Assembly (NCBI GenBank): GCA_965262115.1
Contig: OZ253496.1
Span: 2,528,001-2,592,000 of the forward strand
Direction: 5' to 3'
From: Nitrospinales bacterium
Lineage (GTDB): Bacteria > Nitrospinota > Nitrospinia > Nitrospinales > VA-1
Length of the DNA: 64,000 bases
The number at the start of each line of letters is the position of its first letter. Position 1 is the first letter of the stretch. Shown here piece by piece: positions 10,302 to 19,823 of the stretch. A program made the translations under genes and the position numbers. A model generated the notes under the pieces. It searched no databases. It was not told where the DNA came from and saw only the letters and a list, made by a program, of their open reading frames with translations.

Positions 10302-10581
10302 AATGCGATTCCTTTCAAATAAGGTTACCCCCTATAGGGCTTACCGGCAGAAAGTTGAGAAACTTTAGTGAAAAATAAATTTTTATTTTACTAAAAAACA
10401 ATGGTTTTGCGGTGTATTCCCCGATTGCAGGGCGAATCTTATAAAGCTTTGCGTTTTTATAGACTCGTTGCAGTCAAAATATTGAAAATGATAAATTCAG
10501 GCAGGTATTTTTTCGAAAAACGGAATAAATGCATTACAATGGCACTCATTCGTAGAATTAGAACTGGATGCAGGAGCAAAG

Positions 10582-11139
10582 ATGAAAAGGTTAATGATTT
10601 TGGCTGTAGCTTTATTGGGGTTTTCGGTTATGTTGAGCGGGTCTTCTTTGGCGGTATCCAAAGAGTACCTGTTTCCACCATCCACCTATAAACCCTCTTG
10701 TGATACTTCTAAAACAACGGTTTGTACGATAGAAATCTGGCTGGCCCACAAACATAAAAAGCAGAAGAAGGAGATTCGGGGTTTTTTGAAAGCCAAGACT
10801 ATTAAAGTATTGAACCACACTATCCAGTTCTGGAGGCCTAAAGGAGGGCACCCCCCGACAAATATTGCCATTGGCAGTGCTGTGAGCGCGGAAGACGCGC
10901 GCATGGTGATTGATTTTGCCTTGAAATATAACGATCGCGTGGACCTTCTGGTTTTGCGTCCGCTTAATCCGCCAAATTATGTAGCAATAGCCACTTCGGC
11001 CTGGGACGAACTATCGCAAATCCCCATCAATCCGGAGGATCTTGAAAAGTTGCGAGACCCAAAACTGACTACCGAAGAGTTCCATTCCCTTTACTATGAA
11101 CTCACCAATGAAGGGAACGTCCAGAATAAATTCTACTAA
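10582..11139 (+). CDS. Secreted hypothetical protein
   Basis: 185 aa, SD AGGAG, Sec signal MKRLMILAVALLGF. Confidence 0.8.
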   Translation: MKRLMILAVALLGFSVMLSGSSLAVSKEYLFPPSTYKPSCDTSKTTVCTIEIWLAHKHKKQKKEIRGFLKAKTIKVLNHTIQFWRPKGGHPPTNIAIGSAVSAEDARMVIDFALKYNDRVDLLVLRPLNPPNYVAIATSAWDELSQIPINPEDLEKLRDPKLTTEEFHSLYYELTNEGNVQNKFY

Positions 11140-11172
11140 CCCTCTACCGAGGGAGGCGATTGGCTCTACGCC

Positions 11173-11224
11173 TTCGGCGGTCGCGTTAGCGTCACCGCCC
11201 CATTGCCACCGGCGGCTACGCCGG
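11173..11224. repeat. Dispersed hairpin repeats
   Basis: TTCGGCGGTCGCGTTAGCGTCACCGCCCCATT recurs at 47854-47885; GCCACCGGCGGCTACGCCGG is a near reverse complement of 14097-14115 and 30691-30709. Confidence 0.75.
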
Positions 11225-11303
11225 GGGTTTGACAAACCGGGTCGGATTTGATAGAAGCTAAGCCTTTGAATTATAAAAAATTTTACTTTGTAGGAATGTG
11301 CCC

Positions 11304-11618
11304 ATGCTTGATTTAGCATTTGCCATGGCCCCTTCGCCAGATGGAGCGGGTCCAGGGGGAGGAAGTTTGCTGGCGTTGTTGCCGCCGATGATCATGATGT
11401 TCATGATCTTCTACTTTGTGCTCATCCGTCCCCAAAAGAAAAAACAGGATGAAGCACGTAAAATGATCGATGAATTGAAAGAGGGAGACACGGTTGTGAC
11501 CTTGAGCGGCATTCATGGAACCGTTAAGAAACTGAAAGAAGATACGATCATGCTGCAAATTGCCGACAATGTCAGGATCAGGATCAACCGCTCTTCCATC
11601 GGCACTAAAAAAGATTAA
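11304..11618 (+). CDS. yajC: Preprotein translocase subunit YajC
   Basis: FYFVLIRPQKKK, LKEGDTVVTLSGIHG; upstream of secD. Confidence 0.95.
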   Translation: MLDLAFAMAPSPDGAGPGGGSLLALLPPMIMMFMIFYFVLIRPQKKKQDEARKMIDELKEGDTVVTLSGIHGTVKKLKEDTIMLQIADNVRIRINRSSIGTKKD

Positions 11619-11641
11619 ATTGAGGCATGAAGTCTTAGACA

Positions 11642-13195
11642 ATGTATAGAGAACTTAAATGGAAATTTCCTTTGATACTCTTCGTAGTGTTGGGTGCGGT
11701 GTGGCTTGCCTATCCCCTGAAGGAAAAAATTTCCCTGGGGCTTGACTTGCAGGGAGGGATGCACCTCTTACTCGAGGTCAAGGTCGAAAAGGCGGTCGAA
11801 GCCAGCTTGGAAAGGTTAGAGGATGATATCAAACGAGGTATTGCCGAAGAAGATTTGGAAGTAGACCGCGTCAGAGCCACCTTTGCAGATCGACGAGTTA
11901 ATGTGCGGATGGTGGATGAACTGGATTTGCCGCCGGTGAAAGAGGTTATGCAAGGATATCATTTTTTCAGTCTGGTCAGTGAGGACTCCGATGGGCTTGG
12001 GCTGGTCTATCAGATGAGCGAGGATCAGGTTAAGCAGATTGAACAAAACGCGGTGAGCCAGGGGTTGGAAACGATCCGCAACCGGGTGGACCAGTTTGGG
12101 GTTTCGGAACCAACCATTCAGTCTCAGGGGGAAAAACGGATTCTGGTGCAGTTGCCTGGCGTGAAAGATCCAGAACGGGCCATCAACCTGATCGGAAAAA
12201 CCGCTCGCCTTGAATTCAAACTGTTGGACGAAGAAAACAGTCTGCAACAGGCGCTTCAAGGAAATGTTCCCGAAGAATCTGAAATTTTGTATCAAAGGGT
12301 AGAAAATAAGGAAACGGGTGGGGTCACCAAGGAGCCTTTCCTTATAAAGAAACGCACGGTTTTGACGGGCGAAACTTTGACGGGCGCAGAGATTCGATTT
12401 GATTCGGATTTTAATGAACCTTATGTCTCTTTGACTTTCAACAGCGTCGGCGCCATGATTTTTCAGCAGGTGACGCGTGAGAACATCAAAAAACGTCTGG
12501 CTATTGTTTTGGACGGCAATGTGTACTCGGCTCCGGTTATTCAGGATGAGATCGTGGGCGGACGGGCGCAGATCACGGGCCAGTTCACTTCAGAAGACGC
12601 GAGAGATCTGGCCATTGTCCTCAGGGCTGGTGCGCTTCCTGCGCCGGTGGTCATTCTCGAAAACAGGACGGTAGGACCCTCGTTGGGCCAGGATTCCATT
12701 AACAAGGGAATCACTTCCATTATTTATGGAGGCATTCTTGTTATCGCATTCATCGTTATTTATTACAAGTTGTCCGGCGTTATCGCGGTGACGGCGTTGT
12801 TCCTCAATATTGTTCTCCTGGCAGGGGCACTGGCTTATTTTGGCGCGGCTTTAACATTGCCGGGTATCGCGGGAATCATTCTCACTGTGGGTATGGCTAT
12901 TGATGCCAACGTGCTGGTGTTTGAGAGAATCCGCGAGGAAATAAAAATTGGCAAAACGGTGAGGGCCGCGATCGAAGCGGGTTTTTCCAAAGCCTTTCGC
13001 ACCATTGTTGACGCGAATATCACCACCTTTATTGCTGCGGTGGTTCTGTTTCAGTTTGGTACAGGCCCGATTAAAGGGTTCGCCATTACTTTATGTATAG
13101 GGATTGCGGCCAGCATGTTCACTGCAGTTTTTGTGAGCCGGGCTATTTTTGACGGGACCATGAGCCAGGTAAAACTGGATAAACTAAGCATCTAA
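11642..13195 (+). CDS. secD: Protein translocase subunit SecD
   Basis: LGLDLQGG, IRNRVDQFGVSEP, VGPSLG, GMAIDANVLVFERIREE. Confidence 0.98.
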   Translation: MYRELKWKFPLILFVVLGAVWLAYPLKEKISLGLDLQGGMHLLLEVKVEKAVEASLERLEDDIKRGIAEEDLEVDRVRATFADRRVNVRMVDELDLPPVKEVMQGYHFFSLVSEDSDGLGLVYQMSEDQVKQIEQNAVSQGLETIRNRVDQFGVSEPTIQSQGEKRILVQLPGVKDPERAINLIGKTARLEFKLLDEENSLQQALQGNVPEESEILYQRVENKETGGVTKEPFLIKKRTVLTGETLTGAEIRFDSDFNEPYVSLTFNSVGAMIFQQVTRENIKKRLAIVLDGNVYSAPVIQDEIVGGRAQITGQFTSEDARDLAIVLRAGALPAPVVILENRTVGPSLGQDSINKGITSIIYGGILVIAFIVIYYKLSGVIAVTALFLNIVLLAGALAYFGAALTLPGIAGIILTVGMAIDANVLVFERIREEIKIGKTVRAAIEAGFSKAFRTIVDANITTFIAAVVLFQFGTGPIKGFAITLCIGIAASMFTAVFVSRAIFDGTMSQVKLDKLSI

Positions 13196-13199
13196 ATAT

Positions 13200-14096
13200 A
13201 TGAGAATCATTAGTAGCGACACCCATTTCGACTTCATGGGTAAAACCAAAATGACCCTGACCATTTCAGGGTTGGTGATCCTGATCGGCTTGGGGTCCAT
13301 TGCCCTGTCCGGCGGGTTGAAGTTTGGCATCGACTTTTCCGGTGGAACCCTGATTCAATTACAGTTTAAAACTCCGCCGGATATAGAAGTGATTCGCGAT
13401 GGGTTGAAGACCATTGGCCTTGGCGAGAGCACGATTCAGGAGTTTGGAACGAAACGCGACATCCTCATTCGTGTACAACGTTCAGAGGAAAAACTGGAGG
13501 AGGTAGGTTCTCAGGTTCGCAACAGTCTGGGTGGAAAATTTAATAAGGCGGATATCACCATCGAAAGGGTCGAAATGGTGGGGCCGAAGGTGGGCCGTGA
13601 CTTGAGAGAAAAAGCCCTTCTTTCCATCTTGTACGCCATCATCGGTATTGTGATTTATATTTCCTGGCGCTTTGAGTTGCAGTATGCCATCGCCGCGATC
13701 ATTGCTCTAATTCATGATGTGCTGGTCACCATGGGCGCGTTTTCAATTTTGGATAAAGAATTCACCCTCGTGATTGTTGCCGCGTTTTTAGCCATCATCG
13801 GTTACTCCCTGAACGATACCATTGTCGTTTTTGACCGCATCCGGGAAAACAATCGCCGAAGAGGAAAAAACACGCTTGTTCAAACTATCAATGCCAGTAT
13901 CAATCAGACATTGAGCCGGACACTGCTCACTTCCGGAACAACGTTGATGGTGGTTATCGCCCTTTTTTTCTTTGGTGGAGAAATCATTCATGATTTTTCT
14001 TTTGCCCTGCTGGTAGGCGTCCTGGTCGGAACCTATTCCTCTATTTTTATCGCCAGCGTGTTTCTGGTTTACTGGGACTCTCGACGGCGAGCGTAA
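13200..14096 (+). CDS. secF: Protein translocase subunit SecF
   Basis: FGIDFSGG, VGPKVG, GYSLNDTIVVFDRIRE. Confidence 0.98.
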   Translation: MRIISSDTHFDFMGKTKMTLTISGLVILIGLGSIALSGGLKFGIDFSGGTLIQLQFKTPPDIEVIRDGLKTIGLGESTIQEFGTKRDILIRVQRSEEKLEEVGSQVRNSLGGKFNKADITIERVEMVGPKVGRDLREKALLSILYAIIGIVIYISWRFELQYAIAAIIALIHDVLVTMGAFSILDKEFTLVIVAAFLAIIGYSLNDTIVVFDRIRENNRRRGKNTLVQTINASINQTLSRTLLTSGTTLMVVIALFFFGGEIIHDFSFALLVGVLVGTYSSIFIASVFLVYWDSRRRA

Positions 14097-14157
14097 CCGG
14101 CGAGCCGCCGGTGGCAGTGTGATAGCTCGTTGAGCCGAGGGTATCGTTCTAGCTATC

Positions 14158-14395
14158 GTGATATTTGTAATATCCCCAACATTAGCCTTCATGCCCGGCA
14201 CGGGTACTTCCCAAGCTTTTACCCTTTCAGGGCGAGACCTTTGCATAAGTCGAAAAATCGAAGAATCGAGATGCTTCGACAAGCTCAGCATGACGATACT
14301 GGGCCATTTTGTCATTCTGAGGAACAAGGTGACGAAGAATCTCGACTTATGCAAAGCTCTCTTTCAGGGCATGAAGGCAAATAAAGAAATATCAC
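14158..14395. repeat. Inverted pair of Z hairpin units, the second interrupted by a MITE
   Basis: GTGATAT..CCTTCATGCCCGGCACGGGTAC (+, 14158-14207) and GTGATAT..CCTTCATGCCCTGAAA[MITE]GGGTA (-, 14219-14395). Confidence 0.7.
14234..14361. mobile_element. MITE copy A (128 bp) carrying two CGTC-type REPs
   Basis: Terminal inverted repeats GAGACCTTTGCATAAGTCGA / TCGACTTATGCAAAGCTCTC; exact 9-bp flanking duplication TTTCAGGGC (14225-14233 and 14362-14370). Confidence 0.85.
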
Positions 14396-14554
14396 ACGTG
14401 CTCCGCAGGGGTAAAACGATATACCCAGTTACCAACCGTTCAGCCTTGATAAGTTTCCCGCCAGTCTGAATTCATCTGTCCGTTGGAATCATTTGCAATC
14501 TTCTTTGAGCCCGTGCTACATTCAGATTTAAGCCTGCTAAAGAGAGTTTAATTA

Positions 14555-15295
14555 ATGAGTGTTTCCCCAAAACTTCAACTTCAGCAACTGATCCTTTTGC
14601 AGAACCTGGATGATGAGATTGGTGGGCATAAAAAACTACTCGCTGAAATTCCTGTTCAGTTAGATGCTGGTCGCGCGGAACTGGAAGATATAAAGAAAAT
14701 CCTTTCAATTGCTAAAGAAGAAATAGACACATTACAAAAAAATCGTAAGGCTATTGAGTCGGAGGTTCAGGGCGAAAATGACCATATGGCGAAAGCCAAG
14801 ACGAAACTAACAGCGGTAAAAACCAACAAGGAATACACCGCTATTCTTGCCGAGGTCGATGCGATTAAGGTAAAGGTTGCCGGGCTGGAAGATAAAGAAC
14901 TGGAAATCATGGAAGCCCTTGAAGAAAAGCAAAAGGAGATTCCGGGAGTCGAAAAAAATTTCAAGGAAGAGGACGCCCGCTTCCAGGAATACAAAACAAA
15001 AAAAGATGGTGAATTGAGCAGGATGAAGCAAGAGTTGGATGTCTTTATCGCCAAGCGTGAGACGCTAATGGAGCAGGTTGATAAAGTGTTAGTGCAACGC
15101 TATGAAAAAGTTGCGAAATCCCGCGAGGGCAGGGCGGTCGCCTTGTTGCAGGAAAATATTTGCCAGGGATGTTTCCAGCAGATTCTACCGCAGATGGTGA
15201 TAGACGTTAAAGTCGGTGAAAAAATCCAGCAATGCTCAAACTGCTTGAGTTTTTTATATTGGGAAGAAATTCCAGAAGCCGCAACGCCGAAGTAA
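14555..15295 (+). CDS. Coiled-coil C4 zinc-ribbon domain protein (COG1579/DUF164-like)
   Basis: LQNLD, KTNKEY, CQGC and CSNC pairs; upstream of rnpB. Confidence 0.9.
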   Translation: MSVSPKLQLQQLILLQNLDDEIGGHKKLLAEIPVQLDAGRAELEDIKKILSIAKEEIDTLQKNRKAIESEVQGENDHMAKAKTKLTAVKTNKEYTAILAEVDAIKVKVAGLEDKELEIMEALEEKQKEIPGVEKNFKEEDARFQEYKTKKDGELSRMKQELDVFIAKRETLMEQVDKVLVQRYEKVAKSREGRAVALLQENICQGCFQQILPQMVIDVKVGEKIQQCSNCLSFLYWEEIPEAATPK

Positions 15296-15662
15296 ACCGG
15301 GTGATCGCTGTTTCGGCTTTATGGCCGGGAGAGAGGAAAGTCCGGGCTCCACAGGGCAGGATACTCCGTAACGCGGAGTGAGGGCGACCTTAAGGAAAGT
15401 GCCACAGAAAATACACGGCCTACCCGGCTCATGTCGGCGGCAAAGGTGAAAAGGCGAGGTAAGAGCTCACCAGTACCGTTGGTGACAGCGGTAGCTTGGT
15501 AAACCCTATCCGGAGCAAGATCAAATAGGAAAGTGCTTGAGGGCGGCCCGTCCGATACTTTCGGGTTGATTGCTTGAGCCTGCTGGCAACAGCAGGCCTA
15601 GATTAATGGTCACCACTTCATGCTTCATGAAGTACAAAACCCGGCTTATGGTTTACTTCGGC
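15286..15662 (+). ncRNA. rnpB: RNase P RNA, type A
   Basis: GAGGAAAGTCCGGGCTCC, GGAAAGTGCCACAGAAA, GGTAAGAGCTCACC, GGTAAACCC, GAGCAAG, ACAAAACCCGGCTTAT; P1 pairing GCCGAAGTAAACC / GGTTTACTTCGGC. Confidence 0.97.
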
Positions 15663-15708
15663 TACCCGGCCTGCTAGGCGCAGGGCCAAAATACAATAGC
15701 TTTTGTTT

Positions 15709-15945
15709 GCTGGCAAAGAGTTGTCTCGGCTTGAAGAGCAGTTGCTGTTTGTCTGTCCTGTGTTGTGCTACGTCACTTGCCTCCATGCCTAGAGGCTGGA
15801 GTCTCGTCATGTGGCTCCGAATTTGGGGTCTGGGAGTGCCACGCTGTGCAGGGCGTTGACGAGCAACACCATTATTGCCAGCAGGGTGATCGGTAGAATG
15901 TAATGGGAAACAGGTGGTCGGCGTAGCTGCTGGGGGCAAATAGCC
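15709..15945. repeat. Degenerate mosaic of dispersed repeats
   Basis: GCTGGCAAAGAGTTGTCTCGGCTTG (related copies at 9988, 51595, 54366, 60945) and TTGCCTCCATG..GGGGGCAAATAG arms (related copies at 54443, 61113). Confidence 0.6.
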
Positions 15946-16022
15946 ATGACTTTCTATGCGTTCCCGTGTGCCCTACAGCTTGCAATAATATTTATGCCAC
16001 GAAGTGTGCTATAAAAGTCATA

Positions 16023-16994
16023 ATGAGTCCTGATCCTTCCCTAAAATTTCGGTGGGTGATTGTTGTTGTTTTGGGGCTGTACTTTATGGCTTCTCCCGCC
16101 TTGGCTGACACGTCTCACGTAACCAATTATTTTTCCACCAACTCGCTATTGAACAAAGACGAGTTCGTTTTCGAGAGCGCAGGTGAAGAACCGCTTTTGG
16201 CCGAAAACAGAACCTATTCCTCAGCTCTAAGAGAAAAAACAGAGCGGAGTAGTTTGCGCGGCAAAATAAAACTGGATAGCAACTACTTCAAAAGTATTTT
16301 CACGGATACCGGTTATTCCCTGACATCTCCCTGGCGCTGGGACAAGTTTGACTGGGCCACCGCTTCCATTATGGCGGGTGTCACCGGAGTATTTTTTGTT
16401 CTGGATGATGAGATCAAGGACGAGGTTCAAGGTAGCCGAAGCTCTACCACCGATGACTTGTCGGATATTTTTGAACCGTTTGACAATGGGGCTATTACCA
16501 TCCCCGTTTTGGCTGGACTTTATCTTTATGGCCGGTTTGGTGAGAATGATAAAATTGAACGAACCGCTTTGCTGGCCACTGAAAGTTTTTTGATCACGGG
16601 GTTGTTCGCTACGGTTTTAGAGGTGAGTATGGGACGGCACCAGCCTTCCAAGGGAAACTCCGCCGATACTTTTGATGGCCCCAGCACGAGCAACAAATCA
16701 TTTCCTTCCGGCCATTCCTCAACCGCCTTTGCCATTGCGACGGTGGTGGCCAGCGAATATGAACATATTCCTTTTATAGCCCCAATTTCCTACGGCATTG
16801 CTGCCATGACGGGTTTTTCTCGAATGAATGATAATAAACATTGGGCGTCAGATGTTGTTTTTGGCGCGGCACTGGGCTACTTCACCTCGAAAACCATCCT
16901 CAAGCTCCACAGCAACAAAAAAGACCGGCACTTCACCATCTATCCCCGCGCTGATCATAGAGGCGGCGGTTTGGTCTTGTCGCCCCGATTTTAA
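16023..16994 (+). CDS. PAP2 family phosphatase, C1 motif degenerate
   Basis: SFPSGHS and SRMNDNKHWASDV are intact; C1 reads EVSMGRHQP instead of K-x6-RP. Confidence 0.85.
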   Translation: MSPDPSLKFRWVIVVVLGLYFMASPALADTSHVTNYFSTNSLLNKDEFVFESAGEEPLLAENRTYSSALREKTERSSLRGKIKLDSNYFKSIFTDTGYSLTSPWRWDKFDWATASIMAGVTGVFFVLDDEIKDEVQGSRSSTTDDLSDIFEPFDNGAITIPVLAGLYLYGRFGENDKIERTALLATESFLITGLFATVLEVSMGRHQPSKGNSADTFDGPSTSNKSFPSGHSSTAFAIATVVASEYEHIPFIAPISYGIAAMTGFSRMNDNKHWASDVVFGAALGYFTSKTILKLHSNKKDRHFTIYPRADHRGGGLVLSPRF

Positions 16995-17031
16995 GACAGA
17001 TCTGGAATGAAGTTTTAATTCGTGACAAGTG

Positions 17032-18645
17032 TCACTGGCTTTCGGCCCAGGCGGCCAGTTTCTCGCGGAAGATTTTCGCGTTATGCCTGACGTCCACCGG
17101 GAATTCCGGATAGAAAAGTATTTTCTTGATGGAGCGTGTGTGCGCAGAGGCGGCTGCGATTCCCAACAATTCTTTTATGAAGGTTTCCTGGTCTTTAGCA
17201 ACTCTATCCGCATTCTCCGATTCTATAATTATAACGGGTTCCCGATTGCGTCCTTTGCCCACCAGCGCGGAGCGCCTGACATCAGGATGCTGGTTGAACA
17301 AGGCTTCGCAGGGAATGGTGAATAGAGTTTCCGAATTGGTGACGACACGATGGCTTTTTCTGCCGCAGAACCAAAGCCGGTTTTGTTCGTCCCATTTGCC
17401 AACATCGCCCATCCTGTGCCAGAAGGTTTCGCCGTCCTGGATTTTTGCCAGACGAGTGACGTCCTCTTGATTGAAATAGGTTTTAGTGACCCAGGGAGAC
17501 TTCACGATAATTTCTCCTGTTTGACCCTTGGGGATTTCCAGATCCTCTCTCCATTTGAGAATAGGTTCCTCTGAAATTCGTATGATTTTTATTTCAACTC
17601 CGGGTACCGGTTTGCCGACGCAGGTTCCTTCGCCTTTTTCTGACTGAGGCCATGTCTCATTGACGATCTCCTGTCTCTCTATGGAAGTGACGGGGAGAGC
17701 TTCGGTGGCTCCATAGGGAGTCAGGACTTTGCAGTCCGGTTGCAAAATGGACTCGAAACGCTTGAGCAAAGTTCCGGAAACGGGAGCACCGGCAATCAGG
17801 ATGCGCCGGAGGGAAGAAAGCTGTACCCCGTTTTTCTGACAATGGCGGCTGACCGTATCCCAAAGGGCCGGGGAACCAAAACTGCTGGTGATGCCATAAT
17901 TCTGGATGGGGTGGATAATGTTTTCAGGGTTCACCTTTGCCGGACGTGTGGAATCCATATCCGGAATCACGCTGGTCATTCCCATTCCTGTACTGAACAA
18001 ACCAAACAGGGGAAACGTGGGTAAATCTTTTTCTCCGGGAAGAATACCGAAGTGCTCGCGTAGAATTCGGGTTTGCTGGTCGAACATGCCATGAGTATAA
18101 AGCACCCCTTTTGCCGGGCCGGTACTACCACTGGTGAATAAAACAGCCGCTTCCTGACCTTCAGGGGTTTCGCCGATCTGGTATTCGGTTTGCCCACTCC
18201 GCTTTACCTGATCCAAGGTGGGGCCACGCCAGAACCATTTTCTTCCAACGGTAACTGAAAGTTGAACCGACTTGAATGGGGTCGGCATCAGGGTTTTTAT
18301 GGCATGCGCTAAAGGAATGGCGATGATTCCCCGGGGCTCGGACTGCTTGATGCAATGCAGAACATTTTTTTTGCCCAGCCCCGGGTCAATCAGGACGGGA
18401 ACCCCTCCGGTTTTGAACAATGCGAAGGTCAGTGTTACAAACTCCATTCCATAAGGAACCATCACCAGAACCCGGTCTCCCTTTTTCATTCCGTAGTGAA
18501 GAAGGCCGGAAGCAATTAGATTGCTCTCCTCTTCCAACTGCTTGAAAGTGATTTGGCTTTTGCTTCGCATTTCAATGATTGCAGATTGGTCTGGCATCTC
18601 TTTTGCCCAATGCGCCAGACTCGCGGAGATATTGCAGGATTTCAT
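17032..18645 (-). CDS. AMP-dependent ligase, OleC-like (olefin beta-lactone synthetase family)
   Basis: FTSGSTGPAKG, DLPTFPLF, FGSPAL, PYGATEALP, WHRMGD, FPVDVRHNAKIFREKL resemble the OleC subfamily. Confidence 0.8.
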   Translation of the reverse strand: MKSCNISASLAHWAKEMPDQSAIIEMRSKSQITFKQLEEESNLIASGLLHYGMKKGDRVLVMVPYGMEFVTLTFALFKTGGVPVLIDPGLGKKNVLHCIKQSEPRGIIAIPLAHAIKTLMPTPFKSVQLSVTVGRKWFWRGPTLDQVKRSGQTEYQIGETPEGQEAAVLFTSGSTGPAKGVLYTHGMFDQQTRILREHFGILPGEKDLPTFPLFGLFSTGMGMTSVIPDMDSTRPAKVNPENIIHPIQNYGITSSFGSPALWDTVSRHCQKNGVQLSSLRRILIAGAPVSGTLLKRFESILQPDCKVLTPYGATEALPVTSIERQEIVNETWPQSEKGEGTCVGKPVPGVEIKIIRISEEPILKWREDLEIPKGQTGEIIVKSPWVTKTYFNQEDVTRLAKIQDGETFWHRMGDVGKWDEQNRLWFCGRKSHRVVTNSETLFTIPCEALFNQHPDVRRSALVGKGRNREPVIIIESENADRVAKDQETFIKELLGIAAASAHTRSIKKILFYPEFPVDVRHNAKIFREKLAAWAESQ

Positions 18646-18651
18646 GGTGGG

Positions 18652-19392
18652 CTAGGGTAAGTCGAGAGCCATCTTGACCAGAGGCAGGGTCACTTTTTTC
18701 TTTTTGATATAAGACTCCTGGTTGATGGTCGTGACCGCATTTTGAATGGAAATAAAATCTCTGGGAATGCGGGACAGCAGAAAATGAATGATGGGTACCG
18801 GCAAGGTCAGGTTGATATCTTTTGCCAGCTTCATAATAATTTTGGCGGTGGCGGCATCATCAATTGGTTTGATTTCTGCCACCATTCCCCACTGAAACCG
18901 CGAGGTCAGGTAACTTTTCATTGCAGAATTTTTGTCAGGAGGCAGACTCGCGGTGAACGCAAGTTTGCCACCCTTTTCCGTAATATGGTTGTAAATATAA
19001 TAAAGCTTTTCCTGTGCTGTCGGGGAGTGAGCAATGCATTCGACATTATCAATGAGAAAAAAATCAACGTTCAAAAGTTGATCAAGAGACTGTTGGGCCT
19101 CGGGTGAGATGCCGTCTCCTATCTTGTCAGAGAAATCATTTCCTTGAATGCAGACAGCGCGCAACCCATTTTCTGCTGCTTGATTGCCTATGGACAGGAG
19201 TAAATGGGTTTTTCCCAGGTTTTTTTGACCGAAAAGATAGAGGACTTGAAAGACAACCGGATTCCCGGAGCAGAATTCCTTCGCCGTCTCAAAAGCGATG
19301 TGTGAACCATCCGAAACCACAAAGTTGGAAAAATTATGCTCCGGATGAGAGGGAAAATTTAAAATTAACTGTTGGCCGGGTTTGTCGGTCAT
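18652..19392 (-). CDS. hda: DnaA regulatory inactivator Hda-like protein
   Basis: QQLILNF clamp-binding-like motif, FSNFV, GKTHLL, LTSRFQWG, VTLPLVK. Confidence 0.8.
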   Translation of the reverse strand: MTDKPGQQLILNFPSHPEHNFSNFVVSDGSHIAFETAKEFCSGNPVVFQVLYLFGQKNLGKTHLLLSIGNQAAENGLRAVCIQGNDFSDKIGDGISPEAQQSLDQLLNVDFFLIDNVECIAHSPTAQEKLYYIYNHITEKGGKLAFTASLPPDKNSAMKSYLTSRFQWGMVAEIKPIDDAATAKIIMKLAKDINLTLPVPIIHFLLSRIPRDFISIQNAVTTINQESYIKKKKVTLPLVKMALDLP

Positions 19393-19403
19393 GGCTTCCC
19401 TGA

Positions 19404-19823
19404 TTACTTCGGGCCGGACTGAATTTCAATATAAGCTCTGCCCAAGGTGGTTTTTATCATCAGGACGCAAACCCAGCCTTCTTTTTCGTAGTTCAGGATT
19501 GTGGTTTCATGTTTGATGGAATTGACCATGCTCCAGCCTTTGTTGATCATTTCGTCCTGGTAAAAGCTGACGACATCCCTCAGGTTACTCCAGCCGGAAT
19601 AGAAAAACCGACCCACCTTGACGGCCCCACTTCCCGACTCATAGACAAAAGATTTTGAATGGTCCCGTTCAAACCCATTGGGGACGGGAATGTCCGAAAA
19701 AGGATAGACCATTTCAGGGGGAGGGGGTGGCGGTGGGGGTGTAGCGGCAGTCATTTCTTCCCACGTCGCGCATCCGGTCAACCAAACGCCAAACAGAAAA
19801 AACAGGAACAGTCGTTTAACCAT
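19404..19823 (-). CDS. Lipoprotein of unknown function
   Basis: Lipobox LTGC, poly-Pro linker, FSDIPVP. Confidence 0.8.
   Translation of the reverse strand: MVKRLFLFFLFGVWLTGCATWEEMTAATPPPPPPPPEMVYPFSDIPVPNGFERDHSKSFVYESGSGAVKVGRFFYSGWSNLRDVVSFYQDEMINKGWSMVNSIKHETTILNYEKEGWVCVLMIKTTLGRAYIEIQSGPK

Noticed and set aside
13788..14469. ORFs reading through the MITE (also 51248-51577, 63112-63357, 45387-45725, 60936-61256)
   Set aside because: Their shared peptides (e.g. VMLSLSKH, RPLHKSKNRRIEMLR) are translations of repeat DNA.
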